DNA of 64,000 nucleotides, from NCBI GenBank assembly GCA_026914245.1, contig CP110439.1, positions 3,100,001-3,164,000 of the forward strand, given 5' to 3'. A program made the position numbers and the translations under genes. This stretch comes from Puccinia triticina. Its lineage: Eukaryota. Of the stretch, positions 12,497 to 24,144 are shown in pieces (the first letter of the stretch is position 1; every line of letters starts with the position of its first letter). The notes under the pieces are model-generated. The model saw nothing but the letters and a program-made list of their open reading frames with translations. It was not told the origin of the DNA and searched no databases.

Positions 12497-14799
12497 TCAA
12501 AGAAAACTCACGTACATAGCCAATTCTCCTTTCCGTCTCTGTACCTGGTATATGTTCATCTCCAACGTGCCATGTACATAGTACCTATATACACTCACTG
12601 GCTTGACCTGCCCCAACCGATACAAACGGTCTATAGCTTGCGCCTCCATCGCCGGATTCCAACCCGGTTCCTTGAAAAATAAGACTCTTTTTAGATCTCT
12701 GTGCATATGCTTCTTGCCTTGTCTACACTCACCATGATAAAAACATTTTCAGCACATCTTCAATCAATCCCCACCCCTGCTGCTGCGATTGACCCAAGCA
12801 GTACGTCACACCCTGTATCACCCCGAAAACCATCAAGGCTCTTGTCACGCTGTGATATGCTCATTTCCCCTTTGAGCCATGTGGATTTTATACCGTTCGC
12901 TTTGAGGCCGATTTCAATTCTTACAAGAAAACCAGTGTTTTTGTCAGCAGAGTAGATGTAAAATTGCGAACCTCAGTTCAACCTTCAGAGTTCAGTTGAA
13001 TCACTCACATGTTCAAGAAGCCAACATAGTTTGAGAATATTACAGACTTTGGTCTGCTTCGTTGACTTCCTTGACCATCAAATTTATTAAGCTTATCCAT
13101 CAGGTGAATCAACTTTGCAGAGTGATTCCATTCCCAATTCACCCCAAACTCGATCTCTTCCCTTGCAAAAAGTGGGTGATTACAAAATTGTCGGATCCTC
13201 GTAAGTTGGCGGAAGAATTCACCTGAATCCCAAGAATCGGCTGATGTTCTCAATCTTCCAAAATTCTCCACAAAAGTCTGATGGAGTTCATGTGACACTT
13301 TCTCCCATTCAGCGCTGAGATGGACAACCACAGCATATTTGGTCTTTGGTGGCAGGTTCAATAAGACATCCTTCGTCCTCCGCAAGCATACTCCCTCCAT
13401 GAGCCTGGTTAACGATCTGATTGCTTCGATTGAGCCGACATTTATGTTAGGTATGAGGAAATTCCTCCACATCCACTCGTCACTCCATGGTTTGATCCTC
13501 AACAATTGGACGAGGCTTTGCAGATCTGTCAAGCGGTTCTGCAGGGGAGTCCCAGTCAGACATAGGAAAAATTTTGCATTCAGACGGTGAATAAGCTTCG
13601 TCCTGGTAGCACATCGGTTCCTGATCATACTATATGTCACATATATATAATTAATGAGTTTCTCTTTCTTGCACTGAAAGAAATCATTGGGACATAGTTC
13701 TCAATTTAACCCACTGAGCTTCATCCAACACTATCCTGAACCAACAAATATTTAAGGGTTCAATCATCGGCCGGCTCGTCGTAGTGTCCTCGTCCGTCCC
13801 AATCATCTCATATGTTGTCAGGACAACCATTGAAGATGTTAGCTCCTCGAGTTTTATACCTCCTCGATTTTTCCCGTGGAAAACACAGTAGGGAATCGCT
13901 TGTGCATGAAAATGCATTCGGATTTCGTTCTCCCAGTTCGAAAGCGTCGCCAGAGGACATATGATAAGTGTAGCAGCAGACATCAGTGGTGTATTGCCAA
14001 GACTAGAACGGCGAAAATCCAGGGCTGATTGGCTAGTGGCTAGAATGAAAATCAACGCTGTTAATGTCTTTCCAAGACCCATGTCATCGGCAAGTATTGA
14101 ACCTTGTGGTTTTGCATGTTCATCGCTAGTCATTGGTCCAGTCGAATCATCGACATTATCCCTGATCCATCTGTTGTCCGGGTGGTTCCAGAGTTGTGAG
14201 ATAGTGTCTGTGTTGGATTCGTTGTTTTTCAAAAACCTGAGGGCGCTCAGTTGGTGATCCTTCAATGTTGTGCGGCATCGTATAAGGTATGGCTGAAGCC
14301 ACCGGTCATCATCAGATGGGCCAAGTCGATGAGTGGCAGACATAAGGTGTGGTATGTCGAAGAAAATAGTTGGGTTGTAGTTCCAGATTGACAGGAGCTC
14401 AATGCCTGCTCTAGAGAATGCAGAAAGAACCGTTTGAACATCCATCGAACGACTGAAAACACAACCCCAAAGTTGAGAAAGTGTTGGAGTCTTTGTGGCA
14501 ACAAATGCGTGGAGTTTAATTAAGGAAGGGTCCGAACTCGGAAATCTTGCTTCATTCATTCGAGTGGAACATCCTCCAACAGGTCCTAGCAACTGTCCGA
14601 CACACCTGCTCTGAACCTCGCTGAGATCTCCAAAAGACTGGGTTGCTGAACCTAACACGTGTACTCGGTGGTTACCTCGCTGAAGGAAAGCAACACGAGG
14701 AACATCAAGGGGAGCGATGGAGTATGTTGAGGTAAATGTAAGAACGATTTGACCTAGGCAGAAAACTCCGGCCATAATGGAGTTAGAACTCAATTTCAA
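12497..14799 (-). pseudogene. SNF2-family helicase/ATPase (Rad5/Rad16-like, no RING seen), with an in-frame stop
   Basis: Motifs GSILADDMGLGKT, LIICPLATLSNWENE, WFRIVLDEA, LTGTPLQNRLTDL, CLRRTK, RQFCNHP, KSVIFS and EPGWNPAMEAQAIDRLYRLGQ. Motif V reads AAAGVGID*RCAENV, with TGA at 12760-12762. The 5' end is uncertain. Confidence 0.85.
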
Positions 14800-15682
14800 A
14801 GCTGGGATTGGGGGGTGAAAGCGGGACGATATGTCAGGTTCGAGTTTCTTGCCTGCACTTCAACACTTATGGTGGCAGACTGGCCTTTGACATGCTGTCC
14901 CTTTTTGGCTGAAGAAGAACCCAAGACCCGAAGGGGGATGTATCCCTGGATATTAGGGGGTATCTCTCAACAGTGTCGATACATGCATTTCTAGTTTATA
15001 CTTGTGTCAGCAGAAGATAGATGATGCTTATCATGCAACTAATGGCATAACACTGCATAACAGATGTACACCGATCTGCCTGAAGTGTTTGAGCAGGTTC
15101 TTGGGTCCGCATACTCGGTCCCTAAGGATGCGCTGCTGACAGAGCTCGACTGGTCCAACCAAAAGATCACTGCTCCATGTGTATGGTGGTGTTGGGATCT
15201 ATCAAAACAAACATCTGCTGTGACAGATTTCAAAGTTTAATACTTTGACTCAGGTCAACTGCATATAGTGACTAGGGGCTGAGAGGGACAACTAAGAATA
15301 TGATTTAATCATTTTCTTGTTTAACTTGGTGGAGGTTTTCATTGGGTTCCATCTGGGTGTCAACTGAGTTACAAAAGACTTGCGGATGAGTTGGGCAAAG
15401 CGTCAACTGATGTTGGGACCAATATGACCAAATCCCGGCCATAGTTGTACAACACTTACAACCACCACATCCGGGGGTTCAAGCAAAACGTGCTATGAAG
15501 TTAACATAAAGCAATTGCATTCGAGTGCCTTGAAAGCATCTCTGGTGTTTGATGCAAAAAAAAAAACATCAAGGGAATAGCCAGTGAGTGAAGCTAGCTC
15601 AGTTCAGAAGGAAATCACCTTTTCTCTCAAAGTATGTGATTCTTATAGCATCAATCAATACAAAAGATATAAGTATCCACTA

Positions 15683-16697
15683 TAGAGAATGTCAACCGGT
15701 ACCCCGCACCCGCAGGCGGGTACCGCCTGCACCCGCCGCGCACCCGCCAGGCGGTGACGGATGCAGTGCCGGGTGCCCGTTTTCTTGGAAAAAGCAGTGC
15801 GTTACCCAGGTACCGCTTTCCCCGCTGGGTTGATCGGGTAACCCCCGGACCCCCGGCCCTTGGCCCGCTCTGAGCTGCCCTTGATGACTGACAGTAGACC
15901 GGTCATTGGCCAGGACCGGTCATCAAGGACGGTCCCTGGTGCAATTATCAAGGGGAGTTGTCACTCCCCTTGATGACAAGTGCATGCTGGTTGTTAGGGG
16001 AACACCCTCAATGACCATGACCAACCTGTTTGATGACCGGAACAGGTCGTTCATTGCTTTTCTGGTCATTGAGAGCAACAAAGGGTAGTTACGCTACGCG
16101 TAACACGTAGATAACGGTAACGTAACGAAATTTTTGTTGTTATCTACGTGTTACGCGTAACAGCGGCGCAATTACGTTATTGCACCACATTAATTCGGTT
16201 TTTTTCATGCTTGTTGCGTTATCTGGGCAGGCGGAGCCCCTGAGAATGGGCAAAAAAAATGTGGCTAAAAAGCCTTAAACGGTCCGTTATCGCGTTATCC
16301 GGGGGATAGCGCGATAACGGGCCTCAAAAATGAGGCCCGTTACATTACGCGCGGGGCCTAAAATGGCCCCGTTACTAGTAAAGTAACAGGAGGGCCCGGA
16401 TAACGGGGATAGTTACGTTACCAAAATTGCGCTGATAACGCAACGTAACGTAACTACCCTTTGTTGTTGAGAGGTCCTCCCCTCAATGACCGACCTGTTG
16501 CGGTCATCAAGGGGAGGACCTCTTGATGAAGCGTCCATTCCGGTCATCAAGGACACCTCTTGGTGACCTTTTTGATGCAAAAAAGCTGGCGGGTACCGCT
16601 GGTACCCGCCAGGCGTACCGGGTGCCTGTTTTTGAAAAAAAAAACACGCAGGTACTGGTGGTGTAAATTATACCCAGGTCCGTTTTGACATTCTCTA
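15683..16697. mobile_element. Non-autonomous hAT element
   Basis: TIR TAGAGAATGTCAA / TTGACATTCTCTA. 8-bp TSD ATCCACTA at 15675-15682 and 16698-16705. GGTACCCG-rich subterminal motifs. Confidence 0.9.
16076..16466. mobile_element. MITE nested in the hAT, 7-bp TSD (possibly P-superfamily)
   Basis: TIR CAACAAAGGGTAGTTACG / CGTAACTACCCTTTGTTG. Flanking direct repeat TTGAGAG at 16069-16075 and 16467-16473. Many internal GTAACG/CGTTAC motifs. Confidence 0.85.
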
Positions 16698-17949
16698 ATC
16701 CACTATGTTAATTTTTTTCCACAAGTCTATAAATTCTTGAGTGATAGAAACAGAAAGAAGATTCATTGAATTTATGCACTTTCATCACAAAGGTATATCT
16801 ACCAAGCCAAAAGTTTTGTTTTTCACATATGAAAACACATTTTGAGTGGTATGGACGGCATAATAAGCGCATGATCAATGAAAATATATTATTACATCAA
16901 GAAAAATCTGGTTTCTGCCAAGAAATGGAGATTGCTTTGCAATGCAGTTGAACACAGGTTCTGGAAAAGATAAAATTACTCAAATAGTCCAGTTGGGGTG
17001 GATATCAGGTTGATATGAAACCATGTCCAACATGAATTCATACAAGATTCAGCATCAATTCAGACACACTTGAGCATAAATTCAATCCAAAATTACGCAT
17101 AAATTGGTGTCAAGTTCTGCAAGAGATCTTAAAGGGTTCCTAAAGAGAGGGGTGAAGGCACTTGCATGCAAGTGCTGAGCAAACATCCGTGGTGTACAGA
17201 GTGTTCTGCCTGCTTAAAAAGATTGCTCACAGCAAATTGCAAGCATTTACATCCTGTGCCACTTGCTTATGGGGAATGGTATGGCTTGTAATTGGGCATC
17301 AGTTTTTCTAACAATCAATCTTTCCTGTTGCCAATAATCTTCATTGTTTTTCAATCAAACTTGCACCTGTTTTATCTTTCCTGAATGAAATATTCTTACC
17401 ATTTTCCACTCATGTTGGAACTGAAATATTGATGAGCAAAGAGGAACTTACAACAGCTGAAATGTGCAGGTCCCTGGATGGCAGATTCACATTTTTTCTT
17501 CCATAATAAGCATGCATTTTGGGTATTCAAAGTTGAGTCACATGGCTGAATCATAGAAATGCAGAAATGAAACCATTCTGGGACTCAACTTAGGAGCAAA
17601 AATTTGATATAACTTAGGCCCCGTTTGGCACCAATATAAATATAGGTGATATAATCGCCAATTAATTCAAGAAAAATACAAAATTCAACATAAAGCCTCC
17701 AAATTTTTTTATGCAACCTACAGTGCTGTTCTCTTTAACTGATAACTTGGATTCAACTGATTCAGCCATCTTCAGCACCATAATACCATTATATCACTTT
17801 TAACCAATATGGAGCAATATAATGGTATTATGGTGCTGAAGATTGCTGAATCACTTGAATCCAAGTTATAAGTTGAAGAGAACAGCACTGTAGGTTGCCT
17901 ATAAAACAAACTTGGAGGCTATATGTTGAATTTTGTATTTTTTATTGAA

Positions 17950-20909
17950 CTAGAGGCCAAGGCGGCTACGCCGCTGCAGGGGTCACTTTATGTAGTGTAA
18001 GTTCACAATCTCCCCAACCCGCACCCCATGGAACCCCCCCCCCCCCCCCCCCCCCCTCAATCTCACTTTACACACACACCAGCCATTGCACCTCCGCCTT
18101 TAACTACCAGGGAAAACTTAATGAAACTTTTGTTAGATTTGCCTTCCAATCTTGCCTGGTTTCATCTTGTCTTCATCTTGTTACTCAAATGCAACCTTGA
18201 AGCAAAAGTTTACATTATTTGCACAGGCTCAATCAAGTGGCACATGAGCATTTTCACTATCAACATGTGTAGCCCAGAGTAATGTATTGAGTTGAGGAAG
18301 TTGAACAGAAATCAGGAAGTGATAAAGTGTTTGACTTGATCATTCAATTTTTCCAATAGAATTGAAGAATACTTTTTCCCATGTTCAGATGGTTATCTTC
18401 CTTTGGTAGTTGAATCTTAGGTTCTAGCTTTCTTTAGAATCCTTACCTTTTTTTACCAACTTCAGTAACAGATGTAGATCAGTAACTCAATGTTCACCCT
18501 CAAAGGCCAGTACCGGCCATCAAGACAACAAACACTCCCTTGATGGCCGGTACCAGCCATCAAGAGAGCGTACACACCCTTGATGGCCAGTACCGGCCAT
18601 TGAGACAGTATACACTCCCTCGCTGGCCGGTACCAGCCATCAAGCGAGTGTACACACCCTCTTGATGGCCAGGACCAGCCATCAAGAGAGCAAACACTCC
18701 CTTGATGGCAGGTACCAGCCATCAAGAGAGTGTACACACCCTTGATGGCCAGTACCGGCCATCAAGACAGTATACAATTTTGTTTTATGACGAAGGGCTT
18801 GAGAGTGTTTGTAGACAGAATTGAGCGGTAGAGCACCGGGTCTACCAAGGGAAAGTCCGACCAGAAGACTGACGGACAAGAGGAGTAACATCGAGGGTGT
18901 TTATACTGTCTCAATGGCCGGTACTGGCCATCAAGGGTGTGTACGCTCTCTTGATGGCTGGTCCCGGCCATTGAGAGAGTATTTGCTGTCTCAATGGCCC
19001 ACACTGGCCATTGAGGGTGCGTACGCTCTGTTGATGGCCGGTACTGGCCATTGAGAGAGTGTGTACGCTCACTTGATGGCTGGTACTGGCCAGCGAGGGA
19101 GTTTATACTGTCTCAATGGCCGGTACTGGCCATTGAGGGTGTGTACACTCTTGATGGCTGGTACCGGCCATTGAGGGGTTTGCTCTCTTGATGGCTGGTA
19201 CCAGCCATCAAGAGAGGGTGTGTACACTCACTTGATGGCTGGTACCGTCCAGCAAGGGAGTGTATACTGTCTCGATGGTTGGTACCGGCCATCAAGGGAG
19301 TGTACGCTCTCTTGATGGCTTGCACCGGCCATCAAGGGAGTGTTTGCTCTCTTGATGGCTGGTACTGGCCATCAAGGGAGTGTTTGTTGTCTCGATGGCC
19401 GGTACTGGCCATCGAAGGTGTGTACGCTCACTTGATGGCTGGTACCGGCCATCAAGGGAGTGTTTGTTGTCTTGATGGCCAGTACCGGCCATCAAGGGAG
19501 TGTACGCTCTCTTGATGGCTCGCACCGGCCATTGAGGGAGTGTTTGCTCTCTTGATGGCTGGTACCGGCCATCAAGGGAGTGTTTGTTGTCTCGATGGCC
19601 GGTACTGGCCAGTACCAAGGGTGTGTACGCTCTCTCAATGGCTGGTACCGGCCATCAAGAGAGGGTTTGTTGTCTTGATGGCCGGTACTGGCCATCAAGG
19701 GTGTTTATGCTTTCTTGATGGCTGGTACCGGCCAGCGAGGGAGTGTATACTGTCTTGATGGCCAGTACTGGCCATTGAGGGTGTGTACGCTCACTTGATG
19801 GCTGGTACCGGCCATTGAGGGAGTGTTTGTTGTCTCAATGGCCAGTACCGGCCATCAAGGGTGTGTATGCTCTCTTGATGGCTGGCAGCGGCCATTGGGG
19901 GGGTGTTTTCTCTCTTGATGGCTGGTACCGGCCATCAAGGGAGTGTTTGTTGTCTTGATGGCCGGTACTGGCCATCGAAGGTGTGTACGCTCACTTGATG
20001 GCTGGTACCGGCCATTGAGGGAGTGTTTGTTGTCTCGATGGCCGGTACTGGCCATTGAGGGTGTGTACGCTCTCTTGATGGCTGGTACCGGCCATCAAGC
20101 AAGTGTACGCTCTCTTGATGGCTTGCACCGGCCATTGAGGGAGGGTTTGTTGTCTCGATGGCTGGTACTGGCCATCAAGGGTGTGTATGCTTGCTTGATG
20201 GCTGGTACCAGCCAGCGAGGGAGTGTATACTGTCTCGATGGCCAGTACTGGCCATTGAGGGTGTGTACACTGTCTTGATGGTTGGTACCAGCCATCAAGT
20301 GAGGGTGTGTACGCTCACTTGATGGCTGGTACCGGCCATTGAGGGAGGGTGTGTACACTCACTTGATGGCTGGTACCGGCCGCGAGGGATGTTCTTGTTG
20401 ACAATGCCTTGCCAGTCCAGGCACCGCCGCGGAGGTCAGGGTTACATACAGGGGCGTGGCGGTGGCGTGGTAGTCATGGCTTGATGAATGTGGCAGTCAA
20501 TTTTGCTGAGGGCAATTCCCGATTGTCTATAAAAGAGGACTTTGGCTGGTGTCTTTGTGTCCCCCAGGGCGTCCTCTGCCGCTGTAATTCCAGTGTGCGG
20601 TTCGCCCTCACCCCTCCGCTGTTGCACTTGCGCAGTTTGAGGGGCTAAACCCGTTGGCCCCCCTTTGCATAATGCCTTCAATGCGGCGCGCTGGGGGCCA
20701 TCCAACCACTATTTTAAACCCTGCTAGACAGGGATGGATAGTGGGTCTAGTTTGTGGTGTTTGGATTTTTTGTTGAGAACCCTTTTTTTTGTGATTTGTT
20801 TTTGTTTTCGGAAGGGGGAACCCTTGCATTTTTTTTTGTAATTTTGTTGATTTGTAGGGGGAACCCTTGATCTTTCTTTCCGTGTTTCTCTGTCTTTAAT
20901 AAACTTGGA
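17950..20909 (-). mobile_element. Non-autonomous Helitron carrying a satellite array
   Basis: On the minus strand it begins TCCAAG and ends CTAG, with a GCGGC-N3-GCCGC hairpin just before the end. It is inserted between A and T with no TSD, and removing it restores the MITE arm (TTGAA|TTAATT). A weak Pif1-like remnant FLNSIHYSGL lies near 18250-18310. Confidence 0.85.
18495..20388. repeat. ~40-bp tandem repeat with palindromic core, in two oppositely oriented arms
   Basis: Core CTTGATGGCYGGTACCGGCCATCAAG plus a ~14-bp semi-variable linker. About 7 units at 18495-18775 and several dozen inverted units at about 18890-20388, separated by a ~120-bp unique spacer. Confidence 0.95.
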
Positions 20910-20969
20910 TTAATTGTTGATTATATCACCTATATTTATATCGGTGCCCAACAGGGCCTTATAGCTGTA

Positions 20970-22465
20970 CACCATGGGTTGTGCCGGATGTCCATGGGAC
21001 ACTCTTTTGGAGATGTCCCTGGACATCCAGCTCTTGCAGGGCAGGAAACATCCGCAGGATGTTACTCTTCATGACGGATACAGATGTATCCCTAACTTGA
21101 CACAAGTCCCCCCTGGTGGGAGGCTTGCTGTGGCTGGCCGCAAAGCGGCCCCTCCCGCAGGGAGGGACTTGTGCACAAAGTCAAAATTTTGGCTGAGAAA
21201 GAAATCAACAATGGCTGGAGGAAAAATACTTAGCATCACCCAGCCTCCCCCTCAGCTCCTGTGGACCTGCCCCAGAGCCAAATTACACTTCTCAATCTCA
21301 GCTTTCAAATGGCGCTGGTCTCATCTCCCCAATCCTTATCATTTTTGCCGTACTAATGTTTTAAAAATAAAAAACACAAAGGAATTACAACCATCATGCC
21401 TTGTGGATATTGGATTCACAAGCCTGCAGATATCTGCATATCCTACACCTGTAGCCACCCAATTGTTGCAGATAGGATATTCAATTGTGCATATTATCAG
21501 AAAATCCAAAATTGGATCTTCAGTGCAATGGAATATCCTCCAGGATTCCTTTGACCTCCAAAACAAATTCCTTCAATCAGTTTTGGAGTTCATACCTCAA
21601 AAACTTGGGGGAGGGTGCCCATCAGTACTGCCAAGAAAACTGTCTATTCAGTTTTTCTTGTACATATTTTGGTGAATTTTAAATTGTGTTTTTGTGTTTT
21701 TAGGATTGAAAATCCTTCCTTTGTCTGCCAGCCTGCAGACATTATTCATAAGCCTCTCCTACAGAGAGCCCTCCAGGCGGGGTCCCCCAGACCCTCCGTT
21801 CAAGAGGCTTAGTTAAGCTAGGATGTATCCCAACTGAGTATCCACTGGATGGTCTTGGAGCATCTGCTGGATGCAACCCAATCATCCGCCGGATATCACA
21901 AACCATCCTCAGATGGGAAAAATGTTTGTCCAGGTGTTCTGGGCAGCGCACTCCTGCAGCAAGCACCAGGCCCCATGACACGTGCGCTAAGAAGCAGGGG
22001 GGCAGAGGCAGTGTGATTGAGTTCTGGAGGTGATTGGGCCCGGGTGCCGCAGTGGTCTATGAGACCGGGTGTTGAACACCCAACCTGCAGGATCAGAGGT
22101 CCCGGTGAAGGCAGCCCTTCCCCACTACGGCAGGGGGCATGTGTACTAGACAGGAGCACACACAGTTCATATTGAGTGCACACTGGGCTGACATCCATCG
22201 GACACTCCAGCCAGAGTGTCCAATGGATGTTGACTCTCAGGATGTCCAGCGGACACTCCAGCCAGAGTGTCCAATGGATTTTGACCCTCAGGATGTCCAG
22301 ATGATGTCTTTGAGGGCTGAAAATCACTTGGACACATCCAATAGCGTCCAAGGGATGCTCAGTGCACCTGGCATCTGCTGGATGCTCCCAGGACATCATG
22401 CGGACGCTTTTCAGCCCAAAGCATCCGCGGGATATCAGCCTTTTCCAAAAAGGCGCCCTGTGGTG
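20970..22465. mobile_element. Degenerate non-autonomous element with GGATGTCC/GGACATCC repeats, possible TA TSD
   Basis: Imperfect TIR CACCATGGG / CCCTGTGGTG flanked by TA. Internal ~51-bp duplication at 22190-22300. It appears to contain a further insertion at about 21093-21817. Confidence 0.4.
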
Positions 22466-22480
22466 TAAATACACCAATTG

Positions 22481-22863
22481 GAGAGGTTCAAGTTGGCAAA
22501 AATCCACTGCTGATTTCATCTGCCCGTGCATCTCCCAGTAAGGCTTGTGCATGTTAAGTTACTTCCAAAGTGGAGCTGCCCACCAAAACCTTGCAGCTTT
22601 CAGGATAGAGCTGGCACTTGGCACCCGCCACACTTCAGCACATAATTCTATGCGCCTGCAGGCGCCCATGGCGGGTGCCAGGGGTTCCATTTTAGTAAAA
22701 ATACATGCAGGGAGCTGTATGCGCGCAATGGGTACCTGTAAGCGCATAGAATTATGTGCTGAAGTGTGGCAGGTGCCAAGTGCCAGCTCTATTTCAGGAC
22801 AAGCAAAAGCTGCAGGTGATGGTTTTGACAACTGATTTCAAAATCCGCCTTACATGAACCCCC
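22481..22863. mobile_element. Degenerate Harbinger-like MITE hosting a hAT MITE
   Basis: Right end CATGAACCCCC followed by TTA. The left part matches 50308-50418 (TTA GGGGGGTTCACGTTGGCAAAAATCCACTGCTGATTT). Confidence 0.55.
22606..22791. mobile_element. hAT-type foldback MITE
   Basis: Long TIR TAGAGCTGGCACTTGGCAC.. / ..GTGCCAAGTGCCAGCTCTA. 8-bp TSD TTTCAGGA at 22598-22605 and 22792-22799. Confidence 0.92.
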
Positions 22864-23319
22864 TTATTGACACACAACTTGGTGAAAAGTTGTGTTTTGC
22901 AAGAGACTTGGCACTACCAGGCATATAATAGGGAGTTTCAAACTTGAAATATCTGAAAAATTAAAACCTCATTTTCTCCCAGACTAAAAATCATATGTCA
23001 TTGAGTTCTTTATGTTTTGGCCAAGCATGTGTACTCTGCGCAGCTTATGTAGCACTTTTTTTGAGTTCTCAGGCATTTTGTAAAAAGATGTGTTATTTTC
23101 CCAATCCCAAAGGTAGTCTGGTGTGTTTGGCAGCAACACAATGTGGTTGATATATGATGATAAAATGAAAGTTCTGGTGGGATTTTTCATGTTTTTAGAT
23201 CACACATTGCTTGATTGATTTGGCACCACATGGGACATGAAGCACCATGGAACAAATTTGTAGCTGTTATTATGGGGTACAAATATGAAGAGGGATATAG
23301 CAAGAATAACAAAAATTTA

Positions 23320-23695
23320 GGCCCTGTTTGGCACTGATATAATTATAGGTGATATAATTGCTGATTAATTCAATAAAAAATACAAAATTCAACATAAAGC
23401 CTCCAAAAAGTTTTTGTAGGCAACCTACAGTGCTGGTCTCTTCAACTTTGAAATCAGATTCAACTGATTCAGCCATCTTCAGCACCATACTACCATTATA
23501 TCACTTTTGACCAATATGAAGTGATATAAGTGCTGAACATGGCTGGATAAGTTGATTCTGGGTTCACAGTTGAAGAGAACAGCACTGTAGGTTGCCTACA
23601 AAAAAAATCTGGAGGCTTTATGTTGAATTTTGTATTTTTTATTGAATTAACCGGTGATTATATCACCTATATTTATATCAGTGCCAAACAGGGCC
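23320..23695. mobile_element. Intact PIF/Harbinger (Tourist-like) foldback MITE
   Basis: TIR GGCCCTGTTTGGCACTGATAT / ATATCAGTGCCAAACAGGGCC, inverted arms over most of its length, TTA TSD. Confidence 0.92.
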
Positions 23696-23838
23696 TTAGA
23701 GCTTAAAAAAAGGAATACAAATGCTCTTGGTATGTAGGCCAAACATTGTTTTGCCAATGTCTGCTACTGTCAGCTTTCTTCTTTTTTTATTTTTTTCAAG
23801 GCACTTGATTGTGAAAACGAGATCATACAAGGAAGACT

Positions 23839-24144
23839 TCAAAGAATATACACTACAAACTTATGCCTTCTCCCTGGAAGATCATTCCTGGTGATGAGAG
23901 GAGGAAAAAATGGACGAGTTCTGTCGGCCGCTTGCGCACTCAATATCCTCTCATACCATTCAAGATATTCTGTCTCCATAGCCACGTTAGCAAGCCTAGC
24001 GCTTAGTAGCTCGATCTCATGAAGAAGAGAGTCCTGCTGATCTGAGATGGACTGGAGCATAGCCATCGTACGCGATATGGCTGAAGAATTCAAGAGACCA
24101 TCATTAGCGCGCCAAACTGAAAGCCCTAGCAAAGATTGAACCAC
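23839..24144 (-). CDS. Possible terminal exon of a hypothetical coiled-coil protein
   Basis: 101-aa ORF with a helical, heptad-like stretch (LQSISDQQDSLLHEIELLSARLANV). Upstream exons may lie at about 24500-24850. Confidence 0.3.
   Translation of the reverse strand: MVQSLLGLSVWRANDGLLNSSAISRTMAMLQSISDQQDSLLHEIELLSARLANVAMETEYLEWYERILSAQAADRTRPFFPPLITRNDLPGRRHKFVVYIL

Larger units (their letters stand above)
1..15480. mobile_element. Putative large cargo-carrying CACTA/EnSpm element (termini not confirmed)
   Basis: Transposase, duplicated accessory genes, SNF2 and repeated palindromes sit in one compact block with no housekeeping genes. The left end is outside the window. The right end is only guessed, near CCACATCCGGGGG at about 15477. 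Confidence 0.5.
17617..20958. mobile_element. PIF/Harbinger (Tourist-like) MITE interrupted by a Helitron
   Basis: TIR GGCCCCGTTTGGCACC.. / ..GGTGCCCAACAGGGCC with TTA TSD on both sides. Same family as the intact copy at 23320-23695. The right arm is split at 17949/20910. Confidence 0.88.

Noticed and set aside
18462..20358. Many overlapping ORFs with MAGTGHQG-like peptides
   Set aside because: These are translation artefacts of the tandem repeat on both strands.
18495..20388. CRISPR-like look of palindromic repeats with spacers
   Set aside because: The linkers are only ~14 bp and recur as a few variants, the repeats are degenerate, no cas genes are present, and the context is eukaryotic. 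It is a satellite.
20974..21675. 233-aa ORF
   Set aside because: It crosses nested repeat boundaries and has no domain features, so it is likely spurious.
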